Assembly (NCBI GenBank): GCA_946540735.1
Contig: CAMNIN010000005.1
Span: 43,953-107,952, forward strand
Reading direction: 5' to 3'
From: an uncultured Prevotellaceae bacterium
Lineage (GTDB): Bacteria > Bacteroidota > Bacteroidia > Bacteroidales > Bacteroidaceae
DNA length: 64,000 bases
Positions 27,858 through 37,448 of the stretch are shown here, piece by piece. A program made the position numbers and the translations under genes. The number at the start of each line of letters is the position of its first letter. Within the stretch, counting starts at the first letter, position 1. The notes under the pieces are model-generated. The model searched no databases, was not told the origin of the DNA, and was given only the letters and a program-made list of their open reading frames with translations.

Positions 27858-28886
27858 CTATTCGCTGTCGGGCAATTCCGTAAACGAACGTCTACGACGG
27901 GCATAATACTGCCACAACAGCGACAGGCTCATCCGTTGGGGTACACGCTCTACAAGGCGTTCCCGTTGAATCCGTTCCCTGTCGGCCTTAAAATCAGGAA
28001 GCCATTTCCTGAATGCTCTCCTGGCTTGGAAAATGGCCTTGCAGTCGCCCCAGTTCCGATTGAGAAGAAGGGTCTGTAATGCTGCGAGATAGTCGAGGAA
28101 CCAGCGTTCCACCATCACCCTGTGTAACTCCTTCTCCGGAAGATTCTTGTAAAGCATCGTCAGGTTGTTACGGAAGTTAAGGAACGTTTTCCGGGGATTT
28201 CCCTTTGGCAAGGTTCCACCGCCCAGATGGTAGACCTTACTGTCGGTGACGCAAAAGACCTTCCGCCCCATGAGACGGAAACGCCAGCACAAGTCGATTT
28301 CCTCATTGTGTGCGAAGAAGCGGGCGTCCAATCCGCCATATCTGAAATAATCCGATGCCCTGACCATCAGACAAGCCCCCGTTGCCCACATCACCTCGCA
28401 AGTAGCATCATATTGTCCTTGGTCTTTCTCCACTACATCAAAAATTCTTCCCCGGCAAAACGGATAACCCAATCGGTCGATGAAACCACCTGCTGCACCA
28501 GCATACTCAAAAGCACTTCGGTCGGTGTCGGAGAGCAACTTGGGCTGGCATGCCGCTGCTTCCTGATGGTGATCCATAAAATCAACAAGTGGCGTAAGCC
28601 AATGGGGGGTGACTTCGACATCGGAATTGAGCAAGATGAAATATTCTGCTTCCACCTGTCGCAGGGCCTTATTATAACCCTCAGCAAAGCCCCAGTTGCG
28701 ATCAAGCAAGATCAACCGTACTTCGGGAAACGCAGAGCGCAAATAAGCCACGGAATCATCTGTCGATGCATTGTCGGCCACATAGACCACGGCCTCATCA
28801 GCAGAACAAGTCAATACCGAGGAAAGATAATGCTCCAGCATTTTCTTCCCATTCCAGTTCAGAATCACCACTGCTACCTTGTCCAT
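27858..28886 (-). CDS. Family-2 glycosyltransferase
   Basis: The 342-aa ORF starts VAVVILNWNGKKML. It has the DNASTD and LNSD(V) DxD-like blocks of GT2. Confidence 0.8.
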   Translation of the reverse strand: MDKVAVVILNWNGKKMLEHYLSSVLTCSADEAVVYVADNASTDDSVAYLRSAFPEVRLILLDRNWGFAEGYNKALRQVEAEYFILLNSDVEVTPHWLTPLVDFMDHHQEAAACQPKLLSDTDRSAFEYAGAAGGFIDRLGYPFCRGRIFDVVEKDQGQYDATCEVMWATGACLMVRASDYFRYGGLDARFFAHNEEIDLCWRFRLMGRKVFCVTDSKVYHLGGGTLPKGNPRKTFLNFRNNLTMLYKNLPEKELHRVMVERWFLDYLAALQTLLLNRNWGDCKAIFQARRAFRKWLPDFKADRERIQRERLVERVPQRMSLSLLWQYYARRRRSFTELPDSE

Positions 28887-28891
28887 ATTAA

Positions 28892-30238
28892 CTATCGCTG
28901 AATGATTTGTGCCATCAAGGCTGTCTTGTCATGATTGAACCCCAGCAACCGCACGTCAACCAACTGATTGTCGAGACTGGCGTCAGCCTGATCGGCCGCC
29001 AGCTCCACCCGTATATAATTAGGTGTGAAACCATGCATTGCTCTGCCCCGGGAGGATTTCTCGAAAAGCACCTCTGCCTCCTTTCCTATCCACTGCTGAT
29101 AGAATGCATGGGTCTTGCGGTCGGACATCTCAAGCAGCACCGCCGAACGCCGTTTCTTCTCCACTTCACTGACCACATGCGGAATACGCAAAGCGGTTGT
29201 CCCTGGTCTTTCGGAATAGGGAAAGACATGCAATTGCGTGACATCCAAAGACTCCAGGAAATCTCGCGACTGAGCAAAGCACTCGTCAGTCTCTCCTCTC
29301 ATGCCCACGATCACATCCACCCCAATGAAGGCATGCGGCATGAGGTCCTTGATCAACTGGATCTTATGTGCGAACAATGCGGTGTCGTAACGGCGGTGCA
29401 TCAGTTTGAGCACTTCATCAGAGCCACATTGCAAAGGAATATGGAAATGAGGCATGAATGCCCTGCTCCTGGCGCAATACTCTATCAACTCGTCGGAGAT
29501 AAGGTCAGGCTCCAAGCTACTGATACGATAGCGTGAAATCGATTCCATCTGGTCAAGCGCCTTCACCAAATCGATGAAATGCTCACCTGTGTTCTTGCCA
29601 AAGTCACCGATATTCACACCAGTCAGCACGATCTCCTTCCCTCCCTCGTCTGCTGCCTGGCGTGCCTGCTTGACCAAATTGTCAATGGTGGTGCTGCGGC
29701 TGAAGCCACGGGCATAAGGTATGGCGCAATACGTGCAGAAATAATCACAGCCATCCTGCACTTTAAGAAAAAAACGAGTGCGGTTGCCCCTGGAACAACT
29801 CGGAGCAAAGGTCTTGATGTCCTTGGTTTTCGTGGCATGGTATCTGTGCAGAGAAGCCTGTTTGGCCTCGCCCCCCCAAGCATCTGAAAGATACTGCACC
29901 AGAGAGGCCTTCTCATTCGCCCCCAAAACCAAGTCTACCCCATCCATCTCGCTGACGGTCTGAGGAGCCAACTGCGCATAGCACCCTGTGACAACCACAA
30001 ACGCCCCCGGATGCTTTCTCACCATCCGATGAATCGCCTGACGACATTTATGATCAGCCACATCAGTGACCGAACAAGTATTGATGAGACATACGTCAGC
30101 GACCTCACCCTCCTTGACCGTCACAATGCCTAATTCCTGAAGCATGCGGCCAAAGGTGGAAGTCTCAGAGAAATTGAGTTTACAACCCAGGGTATAATAA
30201 GCAGCTTTCTTGCCTTGAAACGCAGAAGAAACTATCAT
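28892..30238 (-). CDS. mtaB: tRNA t6A37 methylthiotransferase MtaB (radical SAM MTTase)
   Basis: The 448-aa ORF has an MTTase N-domain (YYTLGCKLNFSETS). The radical SAM motif is CDYFCTYC. A C-terminal TRAM-like domain is present. Confidence 0.8.
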   Translation of the reverse strand: MIVSSAFQGKKAAYYTLGCKLNFSETSTFGRMLQELGIVTVKEGEVADVCLINTCSVTDVADHKCRQAIHRMVRKHPGAFVVVTGCYAQLAPQTVSEMDGVDLVLGANEKASLVQYLSDAWGGEAKQASLHRYHATKTKDIKTFAPSCSRGNRTRFFLKVQDGCDYFCTYCAIPYARGFSRSTTIDNLVKQARQAADEGGKEIVLTGVNIGDFGKNTGEHFIDLVKALDQMESISRYRISSLEPDLISDELIEYCARSRAFMPHFHIPLQCGSDEVLKLMHRRYDTALFAHKIQLIKDLMPHAFIGVDVIVGMRGETDECFAQSRDFLESLDVTQLHVFPYSERPGTTALRIPHVVSEVEKKRRSAVLLEMSDRKTHAFYQQWIGKEAEVLFEKSSRGRAMHGFTPNYIRVELAADQADASLDNQLVDVRLLGFNHDKTALMAQIIQR

Positions 30239-30486
30239 TTGATCGTATCAGATAAAAAAGATCGAACTGTGAATGATGCAAAAGTACAACAATATCTCGA
30301 CAAAGGCGATGGTTGGCCAACTTTTTTTGACCGAAAAACCTGTTTTCTCGCTAAATGTGTAGGCACACAAATTATTTAACTTTTCTTAACCATTTGCAAC
30401 TTATTGATTATCAGTTTGTTGTCAAAATGTTACAAAAGTCTAAGAAAAAAAACTAAAAAAAAGATTTGCGAATCAAAAATTATATA

Positions 30487-30494
30487 TACCTTTG
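30487..30494 (+). promoter_or_regulatory. -7 promoter box (TACCTTTG) upstream of the repeat lipoprotein gene
   Basis: It matches TAnnTTTG 53 nt upstream of the ATG at 30547. Confidence 0.45.
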
Positions 30495-30546
30495 CGCTGT
30501 TTTAATAAACAATTGAATATTTTACAGTTTTAAAAAAGCAAAGAAA

Positions 30547-30780
30547 ATGAAGAAATTGGTATTTATGTTCGTAGCAATGGCAGCTATCTCTTTCGCTGCT
30601 TGTACAGACTCCAAACCCGCTCAGGAAGCTACTGAGGATACAGCTGCTGCTGTTGAGGAAGTTGCTGACAGCGCTGCTGCTGTTGAGGAAGTTGCTGACA
30701 GCGCCGCTGCTGCTGTTGAGGAAGTTGCTGACAGCGCCGCTGCTGCTGTTGAGGCTGCTGCTGACAGCACCGCTGCCTAA
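30547..30780 (+). CDS. Small (77 aa) Ala/Glu-rich tandem-repeat lipoprotein
   Basis: It has a signal peptide and lipobox (ISFAAC). The mature part is four copies of (A)AAAVEEVADS. It has its own promoter box and a strong terminator. Confidence 0.6.
   Translation: MKKLVFMFVAMAAISFAACTDSKPAQEATEDTAAAVEEVADSAAAVEEVADSAAAAVEEVADSAAAAVEAAADSTAA
30643..30768 (+). repeat. In-frame tandem repeat of four units (30, 30, 33, 33 nt)
   Basis: gctgctgctgttgaggaagttgctgacagc is repeated head-to-tail. Units 3 and 4 carry an extra gcc codon. Unit 4 has gaagtt changed to gctgct. Confidence 0.95.
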
Positions 30781-30805
30781 TTTCCAACGGACTGAATCAA
30801 AAGAC

Positions 30806-30837
30806 ACCGTCAAATCGAGAGATTTGGCGGTTTTTTT
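30806..30837 (+). terminator. Rho-independent terminator of the repeat lipoprotein gene
   Basis: The 11-bp stem (accgtcaaatc / gatttggcggt, one G-U pair) has a GAGA loop. A T7 tract follows. Confidence 0.7.
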
Positions 30838-30880
30838 GTAATTATATCCGATCCACACGTCACAAATCCAAACTTTTTAT

Positions 30881-30888
30881 TACCTTTG
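30881..30888 (+). promoter_or_regulatory. -7 promoter box (TACCTTTG) upstream of the TPM-domain gene
   Basis: It matches TAnnTTTG 47 nt upstream of the ATG at 30935. Confidence 0.4.
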
Positions 30889-30934
30889 CTCTCTCCGATT
30901 ATCATCTTGACTATTCACCAAAGACACCGGATAT

Positions 30935-32161
30935 ATGGGAAAATTTCTCAAAAGTTGCCTGAATGGCATTTTTATGGGTGCCAAGCCATGGATTTTTTTT
31001 GGCTTGCTGATTCCTATTCTGTTTTTTGTTGTCCACCCCTTCGATCCTACTGTCGTATTCGGTCTATCCATTCTTGTAGTGGCATTGTATCTCACCAACA
31101 AATGGAAGAAAGAGAGGCCCGCAGCTAAGAAAGCCACCGAGGAGGCCCAAAAAGCCGGAGTGAAGTTTGTCGGCATCGATCCTGAGGATGAGACCAAGGA
31201 GAGCCCGCTCAAACGTTTCGAAAACAAATTCTACCCCCTTATGTGCACCTGCATCCTGTCGGCCTGTATGCTCAGCTGTTCTTACCAGATGATCCATAGG
31301 AATGCCACAGAACGTGAGCGCAAGGCTGCGATGCTGAGCATACCTTCACAAGTAGCCACCCCAACAGGTGAGGGGCGGAAAGTGGCTCTTACCGATTCCA
31401 CTGCCGTTACGGAATGGAACATCAACAACATCGATATGGTGCACCTATCGGATCCCGACCAATACGTGACCAACAGCGACAGCATCCTCAGCCAAGAAAC
31501 GGTGGACCAAATGAACACGATGCTGCAAGAACTTGACTCCATCGGCAAAGTGAAAACCGCAGTGGTGATTTGCCACAAGTTGTCTAACAATGACTCCTAC
31601 CGCACCGCTGTAGACCTGATGAACAAACACAGAATCGGAAGTACGGAGACCGGCAAGGGTGTTTGCATCGTGGTGGCCTACGACCAGCACAAGTATACCA
31701 TAGCTCCCAGCCGTGACATGGAAAGTGATTTGCCAGATGCGTTGTGCAGCCAACTGGGGCGCACCCAACTGGAGCCCTATTTGAAGGGCGAACAACCCGA
31801 CAGTGCCATGCTTTGCCTCACTCAAGCCCTCAGCAAATATGTGCTGGATCTGCAGAAGACCGCTCAAGAAGACGAGGGAACCTTCTCACTGAAAAAGAGA
31901 GGTCTGTTCAACGGCCAGTCGGGCATGAACATGCTGATCATCCTCGTGCTCTGCATGCTGTTTGGCTATCTCGACGACCAACATAAATGGACGAAGCCCG
32001 TGAAGAACGCCGCCTCCGCCGCCAATCTTCCTACGGAAGGAAAGCAGAAAGAGCAAGAAAAGCGTACTGAAGAACCCGAGACACCTGTTCCGCCTAAGAG
32101 AAAAGGTGGATCGTATGGCGGTGGGTCATCAGGTGGCGGTGGAGCTACTGGCAGTTGGTAA
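30935..32161 (+). CDS. Membrane TPM-domain (YgcG-like) protein with a Gly-rich tail
   Basis: The 408-aa ORF has N-terminal TM segments and a central TPM-like region (VVICHKL..., GVCIVVAYDQHKYTIAPSRDME). A late TM segment and a GGSYGGGSSGGGGATGSW tail follow. Confidence 0.6.
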   Translation: MGKFLKSCLNGIFMGAKPWIFFGLLIPILFFVVHPFDPTVVFGLSILVVALYLTNKWKKERPAAKKATEEAQKAGVKFVGIDPEDETKESPLKRFENKFYPLMCTCILSACMLSCSYQMIHRNATERERKAAMLSIPSQVATPTGEGRKVALTDSTAVTEWNINNIDMVHLSDPDQYVTNSDSILSQETVDQMNTMLQELDSIGKVKTAVVICHKLSNNDSYRTAVDLMNKHRIGSTETGKGVCIVVAYDQHKYTIAPSRDMESDLPDALCSQLGRTQLEPYLKGEQPDSAMLCLTQALSKYVLDLQKTAQEDEGTFSLKKRGLFNGQSGMNMLIILVLCMLFGYLDDQHKWTKPVKNAASAANLPTEGKQKEQEKRTEEPETPVPPKRKGGSYGGGSSGGGGATGSW

Positions 32162-32206
32162 GTCCCTCTTCACCATTTTTCAAAACGACATCAAACTATC
32201 AACATT

Positions 32207-32569
32207 ATGAAAATCAGGATTTATTTTACGACACTGGCCATCACACTGCTCAGTATCACCATGCTGAGCTCATGCTCCACCAAGCAGAGTGCCATACGCC
32301 ACTTACAGAATCTCTCCTACGACCTGCGTGACAACAGCAGCTACTACACCATCAAAGACTGGCAGGATGTCGCCAAGGAATTCGCCGAACTACGCGACAA
32401 GATGGCACGCTTCCGTTACACTCCGGAAGAGCGTCGGAAAATCGGAGAGATCGAAGGACAATGTGCCCGCTACATGGTGCAAGGCATCAAGAACGGTGCT
32501 ATCAACGGCATACTCGGTGTGGGCAATGAAATCCGCGGGATTCTCGACGGGCTGGGCATCAAATACTGA
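32207..32569 (+). CDS. Hypothetical lipoprotein
   Basis: The 120-aa ORF has a lipobox (MLSSCS). The mature part is helical. I recognise no domain. Confidence 0.5.
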   Translation: MKIRIYFTTLAITLLSITMLSSCSTKQSAIRHLQNLSYDLRDNSSYYTIKDWQDVAKEFAELRDKMARFRYTPEERRKIGEIEGQCARYMVQGIKNGAINGILGVGNEIRGILDGLGIKY

Positions 32570-32575
32570 TGCTCC

Positions 32576-33784
32576 TCAATCCTCCTTGAAATGAATGATA
32601 TCCATATACCGGCGAATCACATCTGGTTTGCCGGTATGTTTTCCTTTATCCTCGCTGATCTTACAGGTATCGTTATAGAAATCCCATGACTCTGTGATCT
32701 TGGCTGCTACGAGTTTGATGACGATATTCATCGGCGTGATGCCTTCGAAATCATTGGTGAAATGCGTGCCGATACCAAAAGATGGCTGACAATAGTCCTG
32801 TGCATACTGATGAATCTTGATGGCACGGTCAGTATCCAACGCATTGCTGAAAATCACCTGTTTGGTACGAGGATCGATACCCAGCGATTTGTATTTCTCC
32901 ACGATTTTGCCCAATTGCTCATAATTGTCACCACTATCAATCCTCAAGCCCTTAAACAAATTGGCGAAGTCTTCTGAGAAGTTGAGGCTGAACAGATCCC
33001 ATCCGAAACTGTCGTACAGGAAGGTGCCAAGAGCTCCCCTGAACGTATGCCGCCAAGAGTTCATTGCGATATGATTGGCCATCTGCGGTCCGTACATGGC
33101 GGCAATGGCGCAGATAAACTCATGAGCCATCGTCCCGACAGGTGTCAAATCATATTTCATGGCCAAGTAGACATTGCTTGTGCCAACGAAAGTGCCTGGC
33201 CATTTCTGTGAGTTTTGACACTCACTCATGGCTTTTACCACCACGTCCTCAGACGCAAAGGATGCTCTGCGACGGGTACCGAAGTCACTGTAGCAGCAAC
33301 CCGCACCCAACAAGCGTTCGGCTTTATGATAGGCCTTGGCGTAGCATTTCTCATAATCGAGTTTCCCAGTCTGTCCAGTCATCTCGTAAAAAAGTTCGGA
33401 AATCATGGCCAGCAACTTCACTTCCAGCAGAATCGTGTTGGCCCAATAACCTTCGATCTCAAGGTGCAGGTGACCCTCGTCATCCTGCCAGGCCTTCACC
33501 CAATTCCTATCAAACCGGAAACCTTTCAGATAAGGATAGAACCAGTTGGGTATATAGTAGCATTTCCGCTTCATGAAATCGATTTCCTCAGCTGTGATCA
33601 TCACTCCCTCAAGGGCAGCCACCTGCCTGTTGAGTTCATCAGCAAAGCCCTCCGGGTAGACTGTATGATTACGGTCTACGAACTGGTATTTGACCATCGC
33701 CCGGGGATAATTGTCGATGACAGCACAGCACATGGAAAACTTATAAAGATCGTCGTCGGTGAAATGGGTGATAATTTGCCTCAT
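32576..33784 (-). CDS. pncB: Nicotinate phosphoribosyltransferase
   Basis: I use the internal start MRQIITHFTDDDLYKFSM. PncB-like blocks are present (FGTRRR, GTSNV, IDSGD). Confidence 0.8.
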   Translation of the reverse strand: MRQIITHFTDDDLYKFSMCCAVIDNYPRAMVKYQFVDRNHTVYPEGFADELNRQVAALEGVMITAEEIDFMKRKCYYIPNWFYPYLKGFRFDRNWVKAWQDDEGHLHLEIEGYWANTILLEVKLLAMISELFYEMTGQTGKLDYEKCYAKAYHKAERLLGAGCCYSDFGTRRRASFASEDVVVKAMSECQNSQKWPGTFVGTSNVYLAMKYDLTPVGTMAHEFICAIAAMYGPQMANHIAMNSWRHTFRGALGTFLYDSFGWDLFSLNFSEDFANLFKGLRIDSGDNYEQLGKIVEKYKSLGIDPRTKQVIFSNALDTDRAIKIHQYAQDYCQPSFGIGTHFTNDFEGITPMNIVIKLVAAKITESWDFYNDTCKISEDKGKHTGKPDVIRRYMDIIHFKED

Positions 33785-33932
33785 AGTGTAGAGAATTAGT
33801 TGATGAGAATATGCCAAACGGCTTTGTATCATGCAAATATAGACAAAAATCCTGATATTTGCCTTTTATGGATGGAAAAAACGGAAATTTTGCCTAAATT
33901 TGCACCATCAAAACCCAAATTCAACAACAATC

Positions 33933-34391
33933 ATGCTAATTATCAATTCTTACGAGGAATTTGCTTCTCATTTAGGAGAAGAGCTGGGCCACTCAGAATG
34001 GCTTGCCATCGATCAGGAGCGCATCAATCTCTTTGCTGACGCCACACTCGATCATCAGTGGATTCACGTGGATACCGAGCGTGCCAAAACAGAGAGTCCC
34101 TATAAAAGCACTATAGCCCATGGTTACCTCACCCTGTCATTGCTTCCCCACCTATGGGACGAGATCATCCAGGTGAACAACATCAAGATGCTCGTCAACT
34201 ACGGTATGGACAAGATGCGCTTCGGACAGCCCGTCGTCACTGGCAGCCGTGTGCGCTTGGTGACCAAACTGCATAACATTCAGAACCTGCGTGGCATCTG
34301 CAAGACAGAAATCGACTTCAAAATCGAGATAGAAGGACAGCGAAAGCCTGCCCTTGAGGGTATCGCCTCATTCCTCTATTATTTTATCTGA
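33933..34391 (+). CDS. MaoC-like (hot-dog fold) dehydratase
   Basis: I use the internal start MLIINSY. FADATLDHQWIHVDTERAK...IAHGYLTLSLL is the MaoC hydratase motif region. A TAAATTTG box lies at 33895-33902. Confidence 0.75.
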   Translation: MLIINSYEEFASHLGEELGHSEWLAIDQERINLFADATLDHQWIHVDTERAKTESPYKSTIAHGYLTLSLLPHLWDEIIQVNNIKMLVNYGMDKMRFGQPVVTGSRVRLVTKLHNIQNLRGICKTEIDFKIEIEGQRKPALEGIASFLYYFI

Positions 34392-34434
34392 TCTATCCCC
34401 GCAGGGATAGAAGATGGTGTAACCGCAATTGTAG

Positions 34435-34830
34435 ATGAAAGGGAAATGCGTCATCCTGGCTTTAGGATCCAATGAAGAGGGGGAAGCGAGGATTCTGCAA
34501 GCATTGACTCTGCTGAAGCCGATGCTTGAAGCGTTACGGGCTACTTCTATTTTATGCACGGCTCCTATCGGTGATTTAACGCAATCCTTTCACAACTGCA
34601 TTGCCACTGGATACACCACAGAAGATGTGGACACGTTGTCAGCCCTTCTCAAGCAGGCGGAGCGTCGCTGTGGCGACCGAAAGAGCCTCCGTCAACAGGG
34701 AAAAGTCCTGATGGACATCGACCTTCTGGAGTATGATGGAATACGCTATCATGCCAAGGACTGGGACCGTCCTTACATCCAACGGCTCATGAGAGAAATC
34801 GGAAAAGACCATAACCCTATAGAAAAGTGA
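34435..34830 (+). CDS. folK: Probable 6-hydroxymethyl-dihydropterin pyrophosphokinase (HPPK-like)
   Basis: The 131-aa ORF follows the HPPK pattern (ILALGSN ... S.L..T.P.G ... F.N ... LL ... E...GR/DR ... DIDLL). It diverges from canonical FolK. Confidence 0.5.
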   Translation: MKGKCVILALGSNEEGEARILQALTLLKPMLEALRATSILCTAPIGDLTQSFHNCIATGYTTEDVDTLSALLKQAERRCGDRKSLRQQGKVLMDIDLLEYDGIRYHAKDWDRPYIQRLMREIGKDHNPIEK

Positions 34831-34832
34831 AG

Positions 34833-36134
34833 ATGAGAACATACGGAAACCGATTGCGCCAGATGCTGATCATGGGCATGATGCTGGTGTCAAGCCATAT
34901 CAGTGCCCAGGATTTCGACCAGTTTTTCCAGGACGCCACGCTGCGCATTGATTATATCTTTGCAGGTGACGCACGGCACCAAGAAATCTCTGTCGACGAG
35001 ATTCACCAAGTGGACCACTGGTGGGGAAAAAGGAGACGACTCGCAGATTTACCCGTAAAAGGCAACGGACAACTCATCCTCCGCGACCACGCCAGCCATA
35101 CAGTGATTTACAGAAACTCGTTCTCCACCCTCTTTCAGGAGTGGCTCTCTTACGACGAGGCTCACACTGTGCGCAAATCGTTCCAGAACGTGTTTCTCGC
35201 CCCGATGCCCAAAGATACTGTCGACGTGACCGTGGAATTGTATGACAACCGACAAGAAGTGATGGCGACACTCACCCATACCGTCGTACCCGGAGACATA
35301 CTGATCCGAAAAACCGGATACGAGAACACGACGCCTTACGTCACCCTTCAGGAAGCAGAGAATCCTCAACGGTGCATACACATCACTTACGTGGCTGAAG
35401 GATATCAGGAAAAGGAGATGGACACCTATCTCCAAGATGCCAAGGAGGCCATGGAGGCACTTTTCGCCCATGAACCTTTTAAGTCGCTGCGCAACCGTTT
35501 TCATATCACCGCACTTCTCTCGCCCTCGGAAGACAGCGGCACCAGCATTCCTCGAAAAGGCATCTGGAAGAACACGGCCCTGCACTCCCATTTCGACACT
35601 TTCTACAGCGAGCGTTATCTGACCACGCTTCATCTCAAAGATCTGCATGACTTGTTGGCCGGCACCCCATACGAGCACATCATCGTACTGGTGAACACCG
35701 ATCAATATGGCGGAGGAGGCATTCTCAACTCCTACAACCTTTCCATGACCCACCACCGGCTGTTCAAACCCGTCGTCGTTCATGAATTCGGTCACAGTTT
35801 CGCTGGTCTTGGCGACGAATACGCCTATGACACTGAGGAGATCCCCATGTATCCACCAGATGTGGAGCCATGGGAACCCAACTTGACTACACTGAAAGAT
35901 TTCCATGGTAAATGGGAAGACCTGATCAAACCCGGCACCCCCATTCCAACTCCACTCTCGGATAATCCCAAGACCATCGAGAAAAGAGTGGGCGTGTTTG
36001 AAGGAGCTGGCTACGCCACAAAAGGGGTATACCGCGGGTGTCAAGACTGCAGGATGCGTACCAACGAGAATCCCGTGTTCTGCCCAGTGTGTGACAGGGC
36101 CTTACGTCAAATCATCGATTTCTATACCGATTAG
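34833..36134 (+). CDS. M64-family (IgA-peptidase-like) zinc metallopeptidase
   Basis: The signal peptide is MRTYGNRLRQMLIMGMMLVSSHISAQ. VNTDQYGGGGI and HEFGHSFAGLGDEY are M64 hallmarks. I prefer the ATG at 34833 to the track start at 34827 (GTG). Confidence 0.85.
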   Translation: MRTYGNRLRQMLIMGMMLVSSHISAQDFDQFFQDATLRIDYIFAGDARHQEISVDEIHQVDHWWGKRRRLADLPVKGNGQLILRDHASHTVIYRNSFSTLFQEWLSYDEAHTVRKSFQNVFLAPMPKDTVDVTVELYDNRQEVMATLTHTVVPGDILIRKTGYENTTPYVTLQEAENPQRCIHITYVAEGYQEKEMDTYLQDAKEAMEALFAHEPFKSLRNRFHITALLSPSEDSGTSIPRKGIWKNTALHSHFDTFYSERYLTTLHLKDLHDLLAGTPYEHIIVLVNTDQYGGGGILNSYNLSMTHHRLFKPVVVHEFGHSFAGLGDEYAYDTEEIPMYPPDVEPWEPNLTTLKDFHGKWEDLIKPGTPIPTPLSDNPKTIEKRVGVFEGAGYATKGVYRGCQDCRMRTNENPVFCPVCDRALRQIIDFYTD

Positions 36135-36953
36135 ATGCGGAAAACGGCATGGATCATCCTCATCACTATCCTCCTCGCCTTGCCTTTCATGGCTCAGGAG
36201 CCACTCGACCGTGACCGTTTGGGCATGGCGATCGAATACTTTCAAAGCGGGAAATACCACGAAGCGTTACTGCTCTTTGAGAAACTCGACAAGGAGTATA
36301 CCCTCAACCCCCGCTACAAGGCTTTCATGGGAATCTGTTTCTATCACGAATGGCTGTATGAAGAAGCCTGCGACTATCTGGACAAATCGATTCCGCAACT
36401 GGAATCTTTCGCGCCCCATGAGCGGTCGGTCTATTATTATGCGGCAGGTGAGAGCCACTTCCAGCTCCAACAATACCAGGATGCCATCACCTATTATGAA
36501 AAGGCGCTCACAGTATGTTATGACAACGAGAAAGGCGATATCCTCTACCGTCTGGGGCTTTGCCACATGTTCTTGAGGCAATGGCAGGAAGCTTACGACA
36601 GCTACAACGCTGCCCTGGATAAGTTCATCGCATTCCGTGACACCCCCGACATGCAAGCCCGTATCCACCAGACAGGGCACATGATGAAAGGGTGTGAAGA
36701 ACACCTCAAGAAAAGCAAGGGAGAAGCCAACATCTCTGCACCAGAGACGGATTCTCCTGACATCAAACTTCCTACTTTGATAACCCCGACCGACAGCGTG
36801 CCAGCCGAACCGAATCGTGTGGACACATCAAGAACGCTTCCCGACTCTTTCAAGGAGCCTGTCATACAGGGGAAAGATACCATTAGGAATGAGGTCCCGA
36901 ATACCATCAACATCCAGGACCTGTTTCAACGGCAGGTGGAAATCAAGGACTGA
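36135..36953 (+). CDS. Secreted TPR-repeat protein
   Basis: The 272-aa ORF has a signal peptide. Several TPR-like units are present (YFQSGKYHEALLLFEKL, QQYQDAITYYEKAL, RQWQEAYDSYNAAL). Confidence 0.65.
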   Translation: MRKTAWIILITILLALPFMAQEPLDRDRLGMAIEYFQSGKYHEALLLFEKLDKEYTLNPRYKAFMGICFYHEWLYEEACDYLDKSIPQLESFAPHERSVYYYAAGESHFQLQQYQDAITYYEKALTVCYDNEKGDILYRLGLCHMFLRQWQEAYDSYNAALDKFIAFRDTPDMQARIHQTGHMMKGCEEHLKKSKGEANISAPETDSPDIKLPTLITPTDSVPAEPNRVDTSRTLPDSFKEPVIQGKDTIRNEVPNTINIQDLFQRQVEIKD

Positions 36954-36956
36954 TTC

Positions 36957-37436
36957 TTACCTCATGCTGTCATCGACAAAACAGAGTGGCAGGAGATCAC
37001 GCACTGAATTGACAGCATAGACACCATCGGTGCCATAGAGCAGAATACGAATGGGCTGTCCATAGCGCTCCTCCATCTCGAGGATCACCTGCCGGCAGGA
37101 ACCACATGGTGTGACAGGCTTATGCATCAACCCGTTTTCATTCCTTGCAGCAATGGCCAGTTTCGCCATCGACATCTCAGGCCGCTGGGCCTGGGCAGCG
37201 AAGATCGCAGTACGCTCCGCGCACAGTCCGAGCGGGAAGACGGCATTCTCCTGGTTGGCGCCAATCACCACCGATCCATCCGTCAGCAACAGTGCCGCTC
37301 CCACCCTGAAATGAGAATACTTGGCGTTGGAATTGTCTGTCGCCTTAATAGCTGCCGCCACCAAATCCTGCTCGTCTACAGGAAGCTCCTCCAACTGCAA
37401 ATATTCAACGTTGATTTTCAGTTCTATATTTTTCAT
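36957..37436 (-). CDS. cdd: Cytidine deaminase
   Basis: The 159-aa ORF has the zinc ligand motifs CAERTAIF and PCGSCRQV. Confidence 0.9.
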   Translation of the reverse strand: MKNIELKINVEYLQLEELPVDEQDLVAAAIKATDNSNAKYSHFRVGAALLLTDGSVVIGANQENAVFPLGLCAERTAIFAAQAQRPEMSMAKLAIAARNENGLMHKPVTPCGSCRQVILEMEERYGQPIRILLYGTDGVYAVNSVRDLLPLCFVDDSMR

Positions 37437-37448
37437 AGGCTTAGTTAT

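Noticed and set aside
30643-30768. Possible CRISPR array or VNTR
   Set aside because: The repeats are contiguous with no spacers and are in-frame inside a short lipoprotein ORF. This is a coding tandem repeat, not a CRISPR array.
35049-36044. 331-aa minus-strand ORF
   Set aside because: It is antisense to the M64 peptidase gene (HEFGHSFAGLGDEY).
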